NCBI GenBank assembly: GCA_016190005.1
Contig: JACPRK010000139.1
Span: 24,717-88,716 of the forward strand
Source of the DNA: Candidatus Wallbacteria bacterium
GTDB lineage: Bacteria > Muiribacteriota > UBA6191 > JACPRK01
Direction: 5' to 3'
DNA: 64,000 nucleotides
In this document: piece after piece, positions 45,707-56,189 of the stretch
Position numbering within the stretch: position 1 is the stretch's first letter
Layout: each line of letters begins with the position of its first letter
Position numbers and translations under genes: made by a program
Notes under the pieces: generated by a model
Databases searched by the model: none
What the model was told of the DNA's origin: nothing
The model's input: the letters and a program-made list of their open reading frames with translations, nothing else

Positions 45707-46984
45707 TTACTTGCCGGGAAACTGGTGCAGGAAGATGTAGTCGTTGGAGCTGGCACCGGCGTGGCAGCTCGCGCACATGCCGACGACTCCCTCTGCCATG
45801 ACCGCACCGCCTGGCGCAAACTGGGCCCAGAACCAATCCCCGCCGGATGCATCGTATCCTCTCACCTTGTACATGACCGTGGTCGCCTGGAGCTGCAGAC
45901 CGGTCCCGTTGTCCTTCAGGTTCTCCTTGACGATGACTGAACCGTTGGACATTCCGGCACCTTCTAGACTCGCCACCGCAGCTCCGTTGATCCAGACGCG
46001 GGCCTTGGGACCGTGTGGGGCACCGGAGTTGAAGACACCCTGCCGCTCGGCGAACTGCGCCCAGCCCTGGTAGGGGTCCGTCACCGCAATGAGCTTGAAG
46101 AGGGCCTGCCCATTGGGCTGCACGCTCATCGTTCCCAGCCCCGTCGAAACCGTGGACGAGAGAGATAGCCCCGATCGATCTTCCCGGGCGTTCACCACGG
46201 CGCCGAACTCTACCGTCTGTACGCCCGAGTCCGGTTGCACCTCGACGGCAAAAGAAATCGCCAGGGTTCCCGCGGCGGCCACCATGACCGGGAAAGCAGA
46301 GGAGGTCACGGCGGTGACTCGCGAACTCGACGCGACGAGCGCCGCAGAGGTCACGGTGATCTCCCGGGAGTTGGGGTTGAAGATGTCGAGCCAGGCGACG
46401 AACTCCGAGCCAGGGGCGGTCGTAGTTGGCAGGCCGCGCAGGCCGGCAAGCGAGGCGCTTTTCAGCGACGAGGAACTGCGGCCAGGGTCCGTCCCCGCGC
46501 GCAGTTCGGCAAGGTCGCTCACTCCGTCGTTGTCCGTATCGGCGGACGCCGGATTCGTCCCGATTGAGAACTCGCGAAGGTTTTCGAGACCGTCGCCGTC
46601 GGGATCGGCCTGCGGATCCCCGTCGCCCTGGAAGAACCTCCGTTCCCACTCGTCGGGAAGCCCGTCACCGTCACTGTCGGTGAACAGCCGCACGACGGGC
46701 CTTCGAGCTGTGGCTACCTTGACGAGGTATCCTCTCCCCGTCTCCAGGGAGAAGGGTGGCGTGCCGAGGGACGGGATGTACGGCTTCCACCTTCCTCCCG
46801 AATCGAGGCGAGCCACGAAGTCCGCGCCGGTCTCCAGTGTGAGCTCTCGACTCGTGAGCGCTCCTGTGGTGAGTGACGAGAGAGGGAGACTTACAAGGTT
46901 CAAGCCTGCATGAAGCTCGATCGGTACACTCTGGGCCAAGGCGCGTGAGGGCTGGAGACAGGCGGCGGCAACCGCCAGAACCAT
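45707..46984 (-). CDS. secreted protein with thrombospondin type-3 (calcium-binding Asp) repeats and a C-terminal CxxCH heme-binding motif (cytochrome P460-like tail)
   Basis: Signal peptide MVLAVAAACLQPSRALAQS. DSDGDGLPDEWE, DPDGDGLENLREF and DTDNDGVSDLAEL repeats. C-terminal ...GMCASCHAGASSNDYIFLHQFP. Confidence 0.6.
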   Translation of the reverse strand: MVLAVAAACLQPSRALAQSVPIELHAGLNLVSLPLSSLTTGALTSRELTLETGADFVARLDSGGRWKPYIPSLGTPPFSLETGRGYLVKVATARRPVVRLFTDSDGDGLPDEWERRFFQGDGDPQADPDGDGLENLREFSIGTNPASADTDNDGVSDLAELRAGTDPGRSSSSLKSASLAGLRGLPTTTAPGSEFVAWLDIFNPNSREITVTSAALVASSSRVTAVTSSAFPVMVAAAGTLAISFAVEVQPDSGVQTVEFGAVVNAREDRSGLSLSSTVSTGLGTMSVQPNGQALFKLIAVTDPYQGWAQFAERQGVFNSGAPHGPKARVWINGAAVASLEGAGMSNGSVIVKENLKDNGTGLQLQATTVMYKVRGYDASGGDWFWAQFAPGGAVMAEGVVGMCASCHAGASSNDYIFLHQFPGK

Positions 46985-47643
46985 GATCGTCGCCGACCGC
47001 CCGTGGCGGCAATCGAGCCTCCCGAGTCGCGAACCGTTCTCCGGTGTCATCTCATACCTCCTGGAGTCCCAAGGACTCACCGTCTGCCACCCCGCCTCAG
47101 AGGGGGTGAACCTGGCAAGGCCAGGTGCGAACACGGATCGTTCGCGGCGAGAACCTGCTTCCTCCGGACGACCGCCGTTCAGCGAGTCAGACTCGTTGCA
47201 TCCGCTGAGGTAACGGTCTCTTTCCCCGGACAACACTCATTCGTTACCCCGGTCACGACGGCTGGCTCCGGCCGCCGCCGTTCGGGCACCGACCCCTACG
47301 AGACCAAGACGGTGCTCTTCACCGAATGCATGACGAAAGGGGCGCCGAACAAGCTCGTGCTCGCCCTGCCGCGCCGTACCACGTACTGATCCCCAATCGG
47401 CGCGTACTCTCGCACCTGAGTGAGGAGGATTGCATGCCCGAATCGTAGCCTGCGCCGGGGCGCCTGCGAACGCGGGGGGCGGTCGTCAGACGGCAACCGG
47501 AGCGTCTGGAACATGAGCACCGGCAAGGTCTGACCTCGAGGAAGAGATCCGGGAGCACCTGCGCATAGACGAGTCCATCGCCGGTGAGCACGCCGAGAGT
47601 CGTGCCGACGAGCGCTCGCCCGCGAGCCCGTGACGGCCGCCGG

Positions 47644-48500
47644 TTACTTCTGGTTCTCGCCCCCGCTGGCGATGTGAAGCGGATCGCTCTCGCGAGTCAG
47701 GGACAGCTCGAGATCCCAGGCCGAGATGCCGCCGTCGGTGAGACGCTCCACCAGCGGGAAGACCTTTCCCGAGAGCGCCGGGTCGAGATTCAAAAGGTGC
47801 AGCAACTCCTTTATATTGACCGGGATCGCGGGACTACAGCGGCCCTGGTAGGGGTCGCGCCGCATGCACTCGAGCAGTTTCCCATGGAAGTCGAGCTCCG
47901 GGCTCGACAAGGCCGAGTCCAGCTCGTCGAGCAAGGCGGTCACTACGCCCTCGATCATCATCAGCTCGATGGCAGAGCGCCGATGCAGCTTGGCCAAACG
48001 CCTCGACTGCTTGTCGTACTCTTCGCTCGGCTGGCCCTCGAGCGCACCCTCGCCGGCGCATCGACTAGGAACACGTACAGCGGTCGTCCGGGGGCCGCTC
48101 GAGCGAGATGAGCGAGCTGGCGAGCCAGGCCGTCACGAAAACGAATGCCGCTCGTGGCACCCAGGCCCGGCAATCGTGGCGTCACCTCGCGCAACTCCGG
48201 CGTGGGTCCGGACACCGATACGAAGACGACCTCGACATTGCTCATCGTGAGCCTGCCGCTCGGTTTGGCCGGCGTGGGGACCAGGGCGGAGGAAGAGGCC
48301 TGGCCGAAGACCGAGGACGCAGTCAGGACGGCCACGAGGCAGTTCACCAGCGCGCGGCTGCGCATCCCGATGAGGATGGCGGCCTTCCACGGGCTCGCGA
48401 GGAGCTCGAGGCCTCGAGGCATGAACTCCTGAAGGAGCCGCTCCGAGAAGTCTGCAGACAACAATTCGATAGCCTCGCCCCTCGCTGGGGCCTCCCTCAT
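47644..48500 (-). CDS. hypothetical secreted protein, apparently frameshifted (ORF 47961-48500 joined to ORF 47644-47997)
   Basis: The downstream frame stays protein-like upstream of its annotated start (...EGALEGQPSEEYDKQSRRLAKLHRRSAIELMMIEGVV...). The upstream frame degenerates into Arg/Ser-rich junk after ...PLYVFLVDAPA. This suggests a 1-nt indel near 48035-48045. Confidence 0.3.
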
Positions 48501-48573
48501 GGAGGATATTGCCTGAAGTTCCCGTTTCTCAAGGGATGGCTCTTGCGACGGCCGGGAGCCTGCGCGTGCTACG

Positions 48574-48837
48574 ATGAAAGGGACAATGAGCCGAGTTTAC
48601 AAGATACCGCTCTTGCTCACACCACAGGCCGGCGGTGGATTCACCATCACGAGCCCGGTGATTCCTGAACTCGTAACGGAGGCGGACAGTCTTGCGGAAG
48701 TGACTGAAAATGTCAAAGACGCTCTGTTAGCCGTTCACGAGATCTATGAGGAATCCGGCCGCGAGTTTCCCGCGAACCTGCTTCAGGACACCGACCAGGC
48801 TCCGGTCTGCTTCGAGCTCTTGCTTCCCGCCGCATGA
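48574..48837 (+). CDS. hicB: HicB-family antitoxin
   Basis: ...GGFTITSPVIPELVTEADSLAEVTENVKDALLAVHEIYEESG is the UPF0150/HicB N-terminal fold. ATGA overlap with hicA. Confidence 0.7.
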   Translation: MKGTMSRVYKIPLLLTPQAGGGFTITSPVIPELVTEADSLAEVTENVKDALLAVHEIYEESGREFPANLLQDTDQAPVCFELLLPAA

Positions 48838-49046
48838 GGTATCGCGAGGTTGCCCGCAAGCTGACAAAGGTGGGCTGCCAAGAAATTCCCCGCAAGAGTG
48901 GTGGCTCCCACCGGAAATGGAAAAATGCCAGCTCTGGCATGACGGCGACCGTGCCGGACTGGGGTTCGAAGGATCTCAAGGAAGGTACCGTGCGGGCAGT
49001 GGCTCGACAACTGGGGTTGGATTGGGACAAATTCTCGCAGGCCTGA
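48834..49046 (+). CDS. hicA: HicA-family mRNA interferase toxin
   Basis: MRYREVARKLTKVGCQEIPRKSGGSHRKWKNASSGMTATVPDW...LKEGTVRAVARQLGL matches the HicA/YcfA pattern (GSH..., VP.H). Confidence 0.75.
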   Translation: MRYREVARKLTKVGCQEIPRKSGGSHRKWKNASSGMTATVPDWGSKDLKEGTVRAVARQLGLDWDKFSQA

Positions 49047-49123
49047 TCGCGGGCTCGGGAGCAGGAAGATCCGTTCGTCGGGAATACCATTGGCCCGCAG
49101 CGTGCCGTGGCCACCGAAGCGCT

Positions 49124-49966
49124 TCAACCCTTTCGACCGCTTTTTCCCGGCTCGGGTAACGCCCCCGTGCGCGCACGAACGAGGACATAGCCGCCATGCG
49201 GCTCCCGCCAGATCACGACCTCGCACGGAGATCTCGACGCGGCCGGAGACGCAGGGTGCACCACCCGGCGGCTCGTCAGGGAACCGACGCCGAAATCCTC
49301 GAGCCGCAGTTGAAACAGAGACTCCGGGCCGCCCGGTCCCTGCCAGTACGTGTAGGCCACCGGGTGGCTGCCCAGCCGGCACGAGCGGCCGCCCATGAGC
49401 GTGTGCCCGGGTCCGAGTGCCGGGAAGCTCACGGGGAAGCCCATCGAGCTCGACAAGAACTCGGCGACCTGCCGGGGGTCGGAGCCCTTCACCTGCAGAT
49501 GGGGCGTGTTCATGTGATCCTGGGTCGCCAGCAGGGCCAGCGTCTGAAGCGTGGCCTCCTTGTCCGACCGGAGGCTCGAGATCCCGAACCAGACCATCAG
49601 GACCACCAACGCGATCGACGACGCCAGCGCGAGTCGGCGCCCGGCGAAGAGGCCCAGCGACCTCATGCGTCCAGGCGGTCGCGAATCCAGTCTCTGCACC
49701 TGCGGTTCCGCTCCGGCCTCGGGGGGGGCGCATTGGTCCGCAAGCAAGAGCAGCCGCGGCACCAGTCCGGGGGGCACTTCGACCTGCCTCAGCGCGATGC
49801 GCAAGGCCTCGTCCCCACGGATGAGCTCGAGCCATTCCTGCCGGGCCCACTCCGGACCGCGCGCCACGTCTTGCTCCAGTTGACGGCGCACTGGATCATC
49901 GGGCGGCAAGACCGAAGCCTCGGCCATCGCTTGCCGCAGAAGCTGTCGATCGTCGCGGCCGCTCAT
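49124..49966 (-). CDS. anti-sigma factor-like protein with periplasmic C-terminal domain
   Basis: Overlaps the sigma-factor stop by 4 nt. A central transmembrane helix LALASSIALVVLMVWFGI. Position and architecture are typical of ECF anti-sigma factors. Confidence 0.5.
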   Translation of the reverse strand: MSGRDDRQLLRQAMAEASVLPPDDPVRRQLEQDVARGPEWARQEWLELIRGDEALRIALRQVEVPPGLVPRLLLLADQCAPPEAGAEPQVQRLDSRPPGRMRSLGLFAGRRLALASSIALVVLMVWFGISSLRSDKEATLQTLALLATQDHMNTPHLQVKGSDPRQVAEFLSSSMGFPVSFPALGPGHTLMGGRSCRLGSHPVAYTYWQGPGGPESLFQLRLEDFGVGSLTSRRVVHPASPAASRSPCEVVIWREPHGGYVLVRARTGALPEPGKSGRKG

Positions 49967-50523
49967 GGACTCCTCCGCTTCAAGGTAAGAACGTTACCCC
50001 GTTTGCCGGCGCTGTCGTCAAGCCGCTGTCGCAAGAAGCTACGGGCCCGGTGGACCCGAGAGAGCACCGTGCCCAGGGGCAGGTCGAGCTCTCGGGCCGT
50101 CTCCCGGCAACTGACTCCCAGTAACAGGACCATCAGAAACGGGAGCTTGAACCGATCGTCCATGGCGTCGAGTGCCGCTTGCAGCGGCTCCGAGCATTCC
50201 GAATCACCCTCCGACGCGTCCCGTGTGGGCGTGTCGGCGTCCTGGAGCAGCTCGACACTGTCGTCGACCTGGGGACGCCGTCCGAGATCGCGCAGCAGGT
50301 GCGCGTGGCGGAATCGCAGGATTCGGAATAGCCATGCCCGAGCGGAGGACGGTTCCCGCAGATCCGGCAGCGAACGCCAGGCTTCGGTGAAGGTCTCCTG
50401 GACCAGATCCTCCGCTGTTTCGCGGCGGCCCGTCAATCGGAAGGCGATCCGGAAGAGCTCCTCGGAGTGGTCGCGGACGAGCCGTTCGAAGAGGGGCCGG
50501 AGCTCGTTGGGAACGGTCTGCAT
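49963..50523 (-). CDS. ECF-type RNA polymerase sigma factor
   Basis: DLVQETFTEAWRSLPDL...RAWLFRILRFRHAHLLR (region 2) and FLMVLLLGVSCRETARELDLPLGTVLSRVHRARSFLRQRL (region 4). Confidence 0.8.
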   Translation of the reverse strand: MQTVPNELRPLFERLVRDHSEELFRIAFRLTGRRETAEDLVQETFTEAWRSLPDLREPSSARAWLFRILRFRHAHLLRDLGRRPQVDDSVELLQDADTPTRDASEGDSECSEPLQAALDAMDDRFKLPFLMVLLLGVSCRETARELDLPLGTVLSRVHRARSFLRQRLDDSAGKRGNVLTLKRRSP

Positions 50524-50539
50524 TTCGCCACCGGCCCTT

Positions 50540-51889
50540 CTACTTTTCTCCCGCCATGCAGTCGATCAGCGCCTCACGAACCGCGGCCCCGCGGGCGACT
50601 TGAAGCCGCGTCCAGGCGACGACGGAGTCGAACTCTCGCTCGCGGAGCCGGCCCCTGGCTTCGATGACGGCGTTCTCGGCTTGCAATCTGTCGAGAAACG
50701 TACCCAGTCCCGCCCGGTACTGGCTGTCGCTCACCTTCAGTGCGGCGCGGGCTTGCTCGAGCTCCTCGAGATCGACTTCTTGCTGCTGCCGCAGGTTCTC
50801 CATGTCCGCCAGGGCCTGGTTCACCTCCAGCGTCGTCTGCTGCCGGACGTCCAGCAGGCGCGCTTCGGCTTCGAGAAGCCGGGCCTGGGCCTGGGCGATA
50901 CGCTCGCCGTAAACCGAGCTGACATCCAGGGGCAGCTTGACGGCGACACCGCCTGCCCACTCGAGATCGCCATCGGGGGATCTGGCGGTATTCGCCGCCC
51001 CACCCGAGAGGAAGCCGACGACCTGGGGTTTGCGAGTCGCTCGGACTGCCTGAACCTCGGCTCGGGCCGCGTCGACGGCCTCTTGCGCCGCAACGACCTC
51101 TGGGCGGGCCAACTGCGCGGCCTGAAGCAGACTCGCCGCCGAGGGCAAGGACCGAGGAGCCTGTCGAACCGGAAGCAGCTCGCGTGGAGATGAGGTCGAT
51201 TCGCTGCCGGCGAGCGAGGTTTCACCGAGCGCGCGCCTCAAGGCGCTCCACGCCTGCGACCTGCGATTCTCGGCGGCCGAGACGAGCCCCCGGGCCCGGG
51301 CGACCTGGATCTTCGCGAGGCTCGCGTCAATGCCGGTTCGAAGCCCGGCCCGCAAGTAGCTCTCGGCCTGGGCGGCGAAGGCCTGCCGATCCCGCAGCAG
51401 ATCGCGATAAATGGCGAGCAGGGCATCCTGCTTGAGCATCTCGACGAAAGCGCGGGTCGCTTCCAGGCCGACCTGGCGCCGTGCCGCCTCGGTTTCGCTT
51501 CGAGCCGAGGCGGCCTGGTAGGAGAGCGCTCGATCCCGGCTGCGGAGCTCGCCGGAGTCGTAGAGGCGCTGTGAGATGTTCACGCCGGCGGCGTTGTCGG
51601 CGACGAGTTGGGAGGAGACGATCCCTTGCACGCCCAGGCCAGCGCCCTTGGCGCCGGAGAGGCCGTCGACATGCACGGCCTGCAACTCCACCTGGGGCCG
51701 GGTCGCACCTTCGACCTCGCGGCGACGGGCCTCGACTCCCTTCACGCGAGCCTGCATCCCGGCGACTCGCGGATGGTTCAGCTCGGCCAGCGCGACCGCC
51801 TCGAGAATCGACAGCGGGGGAGCGGCCGCGCCTGTCGGCATGGGCGCCGCGGCCACCATCGCTACGATCGCAAGAGCTCTCCGAAACAT
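50540..51889 (-). CDS. TolC-family outer-membrane efflux protein
   Basis: Signal peptide. Two repeated coiled-coil/beta-barrel halves with the LxxAxxxxPxL and RxxYxxGxxxxLD-like patterns typical of OEP. Confidence 0.7.
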   Translation of the reverse strand: MFRRALAIVAMVAAAPMPTGAAAPPLSILEAVALAELNHPRVAGMQARVKGVEARRREVEGATRPQVELQAVHVDGLSGAKGAGLGVQGIVSSQLVADNAAGVNISQRLYDSGELRSRDRALSYQAASARSETEAARRQVGLEATRAFVEMLKQDALLAIYRDLLRDRQAFAAQAESYLRAGLRTGIDASLAKIQVARARGLVSAAENRRSQAWSALRRALGETSLAGSESTSSPRELLPVRQAPRSLPSAASLLQAAQLARPEVVAAQEAVDAARAEVQAVRATRKPQVVGFLSGGAANTARSPDGDLEWAGGVAVKLPLDVSSVYGERIAQAQARLLEAEARLLDVRQQTTLEVNQALADMENLRQQQEVDLEELEQARAALKVSDSQYRAGLGTFLDRLQAENAVIEARGRLREREFDSVVAWTRLQVARGAAVREALIDCMAGEK

Positions 51890-51901
51890 CGCCTCAACTC
51901 C

Positions 51902-53092
51902 CTACTTCGGTGTGGCTGGCGCGACCGCCTCGACCTGCACCGCTTCGCCGTTTGGAATCGAGTCGGAGGCGCCGAGACCTAGAATGGCATCCGGTGCGAG
52001 CGGTGTGAGCGTGTCGTTGTTCTCGAGTCCGAGGACCTCCACGAACCCGGAGATGTTCGCACCTAGCTTGGCCGGCCGGCGCTGGAGTTTTCCGCTCTCG
52101 ATCAACACCAGGCATGCCTTTTTCGCGACACTGACCACGGCTTCCTTGGGAACGACGAGCGCGTTCTCGCGCACCTCCAACACGAGTGTAACCCGGGCAA
52201 AAGCGCCGCCGGGGATTGTCCCATCCGAATTCTCGACATCGAGCTCCGCTGTCAGGGTCCGGGAGCCAGGCTGCAAGACTTCGGAGAGGCGCGAGACTTT
52301 CGTCTCGAGCTTCTTTCCGGGCACCGCGTCGATCGTCACGCGCGCGGGAGTGCCCAGGTGCACGCGCCGGCTCTCGGATTCAGGCACGGAGAGAGTCAGC
52401 CTCAGACGAGACGTGTCGGCCAGGTGCAGAAGTCGCGCGCCGTCCGAGCGGGATGACCCGGCCGCCGGGACGAAGGCCCCGGGATCGATCCAGCGATCGG
52501 TGATGACGCCGGCGAAGGGCGCGAGCAGCACGGTGAGGTCCTGCATGACCCGGGCACGCTTGGCCCCTTCCCGCGCACTGGAAGCTCGAGCCTCTGCGAG
52601 CTCCACGGCCCGCCGTGCGACTTCGGCCCTTGCCTTGGCTTCCTCGACTGTCTGCAGCGACACGCCCTCGGGTGTCTCCTTGCGGACGGCGCGCAGACGA
52701 TCGTAGGTGATGGAAGCCAGGCCTGCCTCGGCCCTGCGCTGGGCGACCTCGGCCTCCGCTTCGGTGGCTCGAGCCCTTGCGGCGGCGGTGTCGGCCGAAA
52801 GCTCGGGTGCCTCGAGCACCATCAGGGTCTCGCCCGCCTTCACGCGGCTGCCGCGATCGATGCGAATCTCGCGCGCATAGCCGGAGACTCGAGCAAAGAG
52901 GTCGATCTCCTGCCAGGGCCGCAGGCTGCCCGGCAGATCGATCGTGCTCTCGACGGTCATCCTGGAAACAGTCGCCGTCTTGACAAGGGGGCGACCGTCC
53001 TGCGCGTGGGCGAACGTCCCCTGGGCAGCCAGCGTCATCGAGGCCAGCAGCGCCGCCGCGCGGCGTGCTTTCGGTCGGTCAAGGAACAGCAT
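51902..53092 (-). CDS. efflux RND transporter periplasmic adaptor (membrane-fusion protein, HlyD family)
   Basis: Lipoyl/beta-barrel signature ...VESTIDLPGSLRPWQEIDLFARVSGYAREIRIDRGSRVKAGETLMVLEAPEL, then a long coiled-coil. Confidence 0.8.
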   Translation of the reverse strand: MLFLDRPKARRAAALLASMTLAAQGTFAHAQDGRPLVKTATVSRMTVESTIDLPGSLRPWQEIDLFARVSGYAREIRIDRGSRVKAGETLMVLEAPELSADTAAARARATEAEAEVAQRRAEAGLASITYDRLRAVRKETPEGVSLQTVEEAKARAEVARRAVELAEARASSAREGAKRARVMQDLTVLLAPFAGVITDRWIDPGAFVPAAGSSRSDGARLLHLADTSRLRLTLSVPESESRRVHLGTPARVTIDAVPGKKLETKVSRLSEVLQPGSRTLTAELDVENSDGTIPGGAFARVTLVLEVRENALVVPKEAVVSVAKKACLVLIESGKLQRRPAKLGANISGFVEVLGLENNDTLTPLAPDAILGLGASDSIPNGEAVQVEAVAPATPK

Positions 53093-56000
53093 TCGATGCC
53101 TCCGGGGGCAGCTTCGGCTTCAGCAGACGGTAGAGCGCCGGCGTCAGCACCAGGGTCATGATCTTCGCTCCCAGCAGTCCCCCTATCATGGCGCGTGCCA
53201 GCGGCATGGCTGCCTGGCCCTGCGCCAGCGCAATCGGAACCAAGCCGAGGATGGCCGCCAGCGACGTCATCACGATCGGCCGCAACCTTACGAGACAGGC
53301 CTGCTTGATGGCCTGCTCCCGGTGCGCGCCCTCGTGCCAGAGCTGATTCGCGAGATCCACGAGGAGGATGTTGTAAGAGGCCGCCAGCCCGATCATCGCG
53401 ATGACGCCGAGCAAGGACTGGATGTTAAGAGTCGTGCTCGACAGATAGAGTGTTACCAGCACGCCGGAGAACCCCATGGGAACGGTCAGCAGCACCACGA
53501 AGGGGTCGACGAACGAACGGAACTGCACGACCATCACGAGGTAGACGAGCACAAGCGCGAGCAACAGGCCCAGCAGCAGGCCGCCGAACGAGTCGCGCAT
53601 TTGCTTGACCTCGCCGGCGCTTCTCAGTCGCAATCCTTCCGGCAGCCGTTTGCTCTCTTCTGCGAGGATGCCGTCGACGTCGCGGGCCACGGCGCCCACG
53701 TCGCGGCCCAACACGTTCACATAGACGTCGATGACGCGCGTGATGTTGCGATGACGCACCTCGTTGGTCGTGGTCTCCAGGGAGAGAGTCGCGACGTCCT
53801 TCAACACCACGGGCTTCTCGGTACGGGCCGAGACAATGGGAATGTCCTTCAACGAATCGAAATCGCGGATGAGCGTCTCCGGATACTGGGCTCCGACGAA
53901 GTAGTGGTTGCCGTTCTTGTGATCGATCCAGAAGGACTTGGCGAACGACACCGACGAGTTGAGCGCCGTCGCGACGTTCTGCACGACGTCCTCCTGCGTC
54001 AGCCCGAGAGTGGCTGCCTTCACCCGATCGACCTGGAGGCGAATGAGCGGGAAGTCGAGACGTTGCTGGATCCGGACATCGACGGCCCCTTGGACTGCGC
54101 GTATCTTCTCGACGAGTCGCTCGGCGACCTCGCGGCCCGCTCGCATGTTCTTGCCCTCGATCTGGATGTCGATCGGAGAGGGAAGTCCGAAGTTGAGGGC
54201 CGCGGTCATCAGGCCGCCGGTGTCGAAGGCGAGCTCGGCTTCCGGCAGGGACGTCGAGAGGACTTGCCTTAGCTTGGCGGCCCAGTGCTGAGCACTGTGG
54301 GCGCGGTCTCCAGAGAGCTGGATCGCGATGAAGGCGTCGGAGCCGCCCGTGTTCGGCGTGTAGGCGGCGGGCCAGTCGTTGAAGACGCCGATATTGGAGA
54401 TCATCGTAACGATTTCGGCAGCCGGAATGACTTCGCGAATCCTCGCCTCCGCGCGCTTGACGATCTCCTCCGTGCGATGCAAGTCCGTGCCGGAAGGAGC
54501 CCGCAAGAGCACCGTGAATTGGCCCGAGTCTACGGCTGGAAAGAGCTCCTGTCCGATGAACGGATAGAGCAACCAGCTGGAGCCGAAGATCGCCAGGCTC
54601 ACCGCGCTGACGATCCAGGGATGGAGCAGGCAGACGTCGATGACAGGGCCATACAGACGCTCGAGGATGCCGTGCGCGTCCTGACCGTGCGTGGAACGTG
54701 CGCTCTTGGAGGCGGGCGGCGAGAAGTGCGCGACGCACGCCGGGATCACCGTCAACGAAAGGACATAGGAGGCCGCCATCGAGAAGACGACGGCCAGCGC
54801 CAGCGGTGTGAAGAGAAAGCGCCCAAGGCCGGTCAGGAATACCACGGGAGAGAAGACGACCACGATGGTGAGGGTCGCGACAAAGACGGGAGTTGCCAGT
54901 TCGCCCGCACCCAGGGTGGCCGCCTCCGCAGGCGAGCGACCTTGCTCCAGGTGCCGCATGGAGTTCTCCAGGACGACGATTCCGTTGTCCATCAACATGC
55001 CCACGGCCAGCGCCAGGCCGCCCAGGGTCATCGTGTTGATGCTGCCGCCCGTGAAGTAGAGACCGATGAGCGCCGAGAGAATCGAAAGCGGCAGCGTGAT
55101 CAAGATGAAGAGCATGGAGCGCCCGCTTCGCAGGAAAAGTAGAACCATCAACGCGGCCAGCAGCGCTCCCAGCACCGCCTCGTGCTCGAGCGCCTCGATG
55201 GCCGCGCGGACGAAAACGGTCTGGTCCATGTCGATCTTCAGGTCGACACCCTTGGGCAGCCGCTCCAGGATCAGTCCGATCTGTCCGCGGATCGACTCGA
55301 CGACGTTGATCGTGTTGGCGCCGGGCTGCCTGTAGACGGGGATGTAGACCTGACGCCGTCCGTTGATGCGGACGATGTTCGTCTGGATCTCGGCCGTGTC
55401 CTGGGCCGAGGCGACATCCTTCAGGAAGACGGGACCGGAAGCGTCGACGCGCAGCGGGATATCGTCGAGTTCCCTCACGGCGCCTACCATCGCGTTGGAG
55501 TCGACCTGGTACTCGATGCCCCCCAACCGCGCGATGCCTGTCGGAATCAGAACGTTGAACCTGTGAATCCCTCGCACGACATCCATGGGCGACATGTTTC
55601 GCGACTGAAGCTTCCACGGATCGACATACGCGAGGATCCGCCTCAGCTTGCCCCCGAAGACGGCCGGAGTGACTACTCCGGAGATCGACTGGAGCCGGTT
55701 CCGCAGGTCGTAGTAGGCGATGTCGTAGAGCTTGGTTTCGTCGAAGGTCGGGCTCGATACGGTCACGAGGCAAAGGGGCAGCGCTGCCGTGGGGTCGTAG
55801 GGCATGACCATCGGCGGAACGGTGCCGGGCGGCAGGTAGTAGAGATCGGACATCGCCAGGGTGGAGACCTGGGCCAGCGCCGTGTTCGGATCGACATCCT
55901 CGTTGAAGAAGTCCCGTACCACGGATACGCCGACCATGGACTTCGCTTCCTGCCAGGCAATCCCGTTGGACTGCCCCGTCCAACGCTCCAGCCGAGTGGT

Positions 56001-56189
56001 GATGTCCTGCTCCATCACCTCGGCTGGCATCCCGGGATAGAGCGTCAGCACCTGCACGGCAGGTGTCTTGAAGATGGGAAGAAGGTCGACGGGTATCCGG
56101 CTGACGGTGACCGCGCCTAGCACGAGGATGGCGAGGCCCAGCACGGCGACGGCGTGAGGATTTCGAACGGCCAGGCGGGCAAGGTTCAT
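53079..56189 (-). CDS. RND-superfamily efflux permease (CzcA/CusA-like heavy-metal or HAE family)
   Basis: 1036 aa with 12 transmembrane helices in a duplicated 6+6 arrangement and large periplasmic loops. The N-terminal LLPIFKTPAVQVLTLYPG is typical of the family. Confidence 0.85.
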   Translation of the reverse strand: MNLARLAVRNPHAVAVLGLAILVLGAVTVSRIPVDLLPIFKTPAVQVLTLYPGMPAEVMEQDITTRLERWTGQSNGIAWQEAKSMVGVSVVRDFFNEDVDPNTALAQVSTLAMSDLYYLPPGTVPPMVMPYDPTAALPLCLVTVSSPTFDETKLYDIAYYDLRNRLQSISGVVTPAVFGGKLRRILAYVDPWKLQSRNMSPMDVVRGIHRFNVLIPTGIARLGGIEYQVDSNAMVGAVRELDDIPLRVDASGPVFLKDVASAQDTAEIQTNIVRINGRRQVYIPVYRQPGANTINVVESIRGQIGLILERLPKGVDLKIDMDQTVFVRAAIEALEHEAVLGALLAALMVLLFLRSGRSMLFILITLPLSILSALIGLYFTGGSINTMTLGGLALAVGMLMDNGIVVLENSMRHLEQGRSPAEAATLGAGELATPVFVATLTIVVVFSPVVFLTGLGRFLFTPLALAVVFSMAASYVLSLTVIPACVAHFSPPASKSARSTHGQDAHGILERLYGPVIDVCLLHPWIVSAVSLAIFGSSWLLYPFIGQELFPAVDSGQFTVLLRAPSGTDLHRTEEIVKRAEARIREVIPAAEIVTMISNIGVFNDWPAAYTPNTGGSDAFIAIQLSGDRAHSAQHWAAKLRQVLSTSLPEAELAFDTGGLMTAALNFGLPSPIDIQIEGKNMRAGREVAERLVEKIRAVQGAVDVRIQQRLDFPLIRLQVDRVKAATLGLTQEDVVQNVATALNSSVSFAKSFWIDHKNGNHYFVGAQYPETLIRDFDSLKDIPIVSARTEKPVVLKDVATLSLETTTNEVRHRNITRVIDVYVNVLGRDVGAVARDVDGILAEESKRLPEGLRLRSAGEVKQMRDSFGGLLLGLLLALVLVYLVMVVQFRSFVDPFVVLLTVPMGFSGVLVTLYLSSTTLNIQSLLGVIAMIGLAASYNILLVDLANQLWHEGAHREQAIKQACLVRLRPIVMTSLAAILGLVPIALAQGQAAMPLARAMIGGLLGAKIMTLVLTPALYRLLKPKLPPEASNAVP

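Noticed and set aside
45570-46649. 359-aa minus-strand ORF overlapping the TSP3-repeat protein gene
   Set aside because: Alternate frame, Arg/Gly-rich. The 45707-46984 frame carries the signal peptide, Asp repeats and CxxCH.
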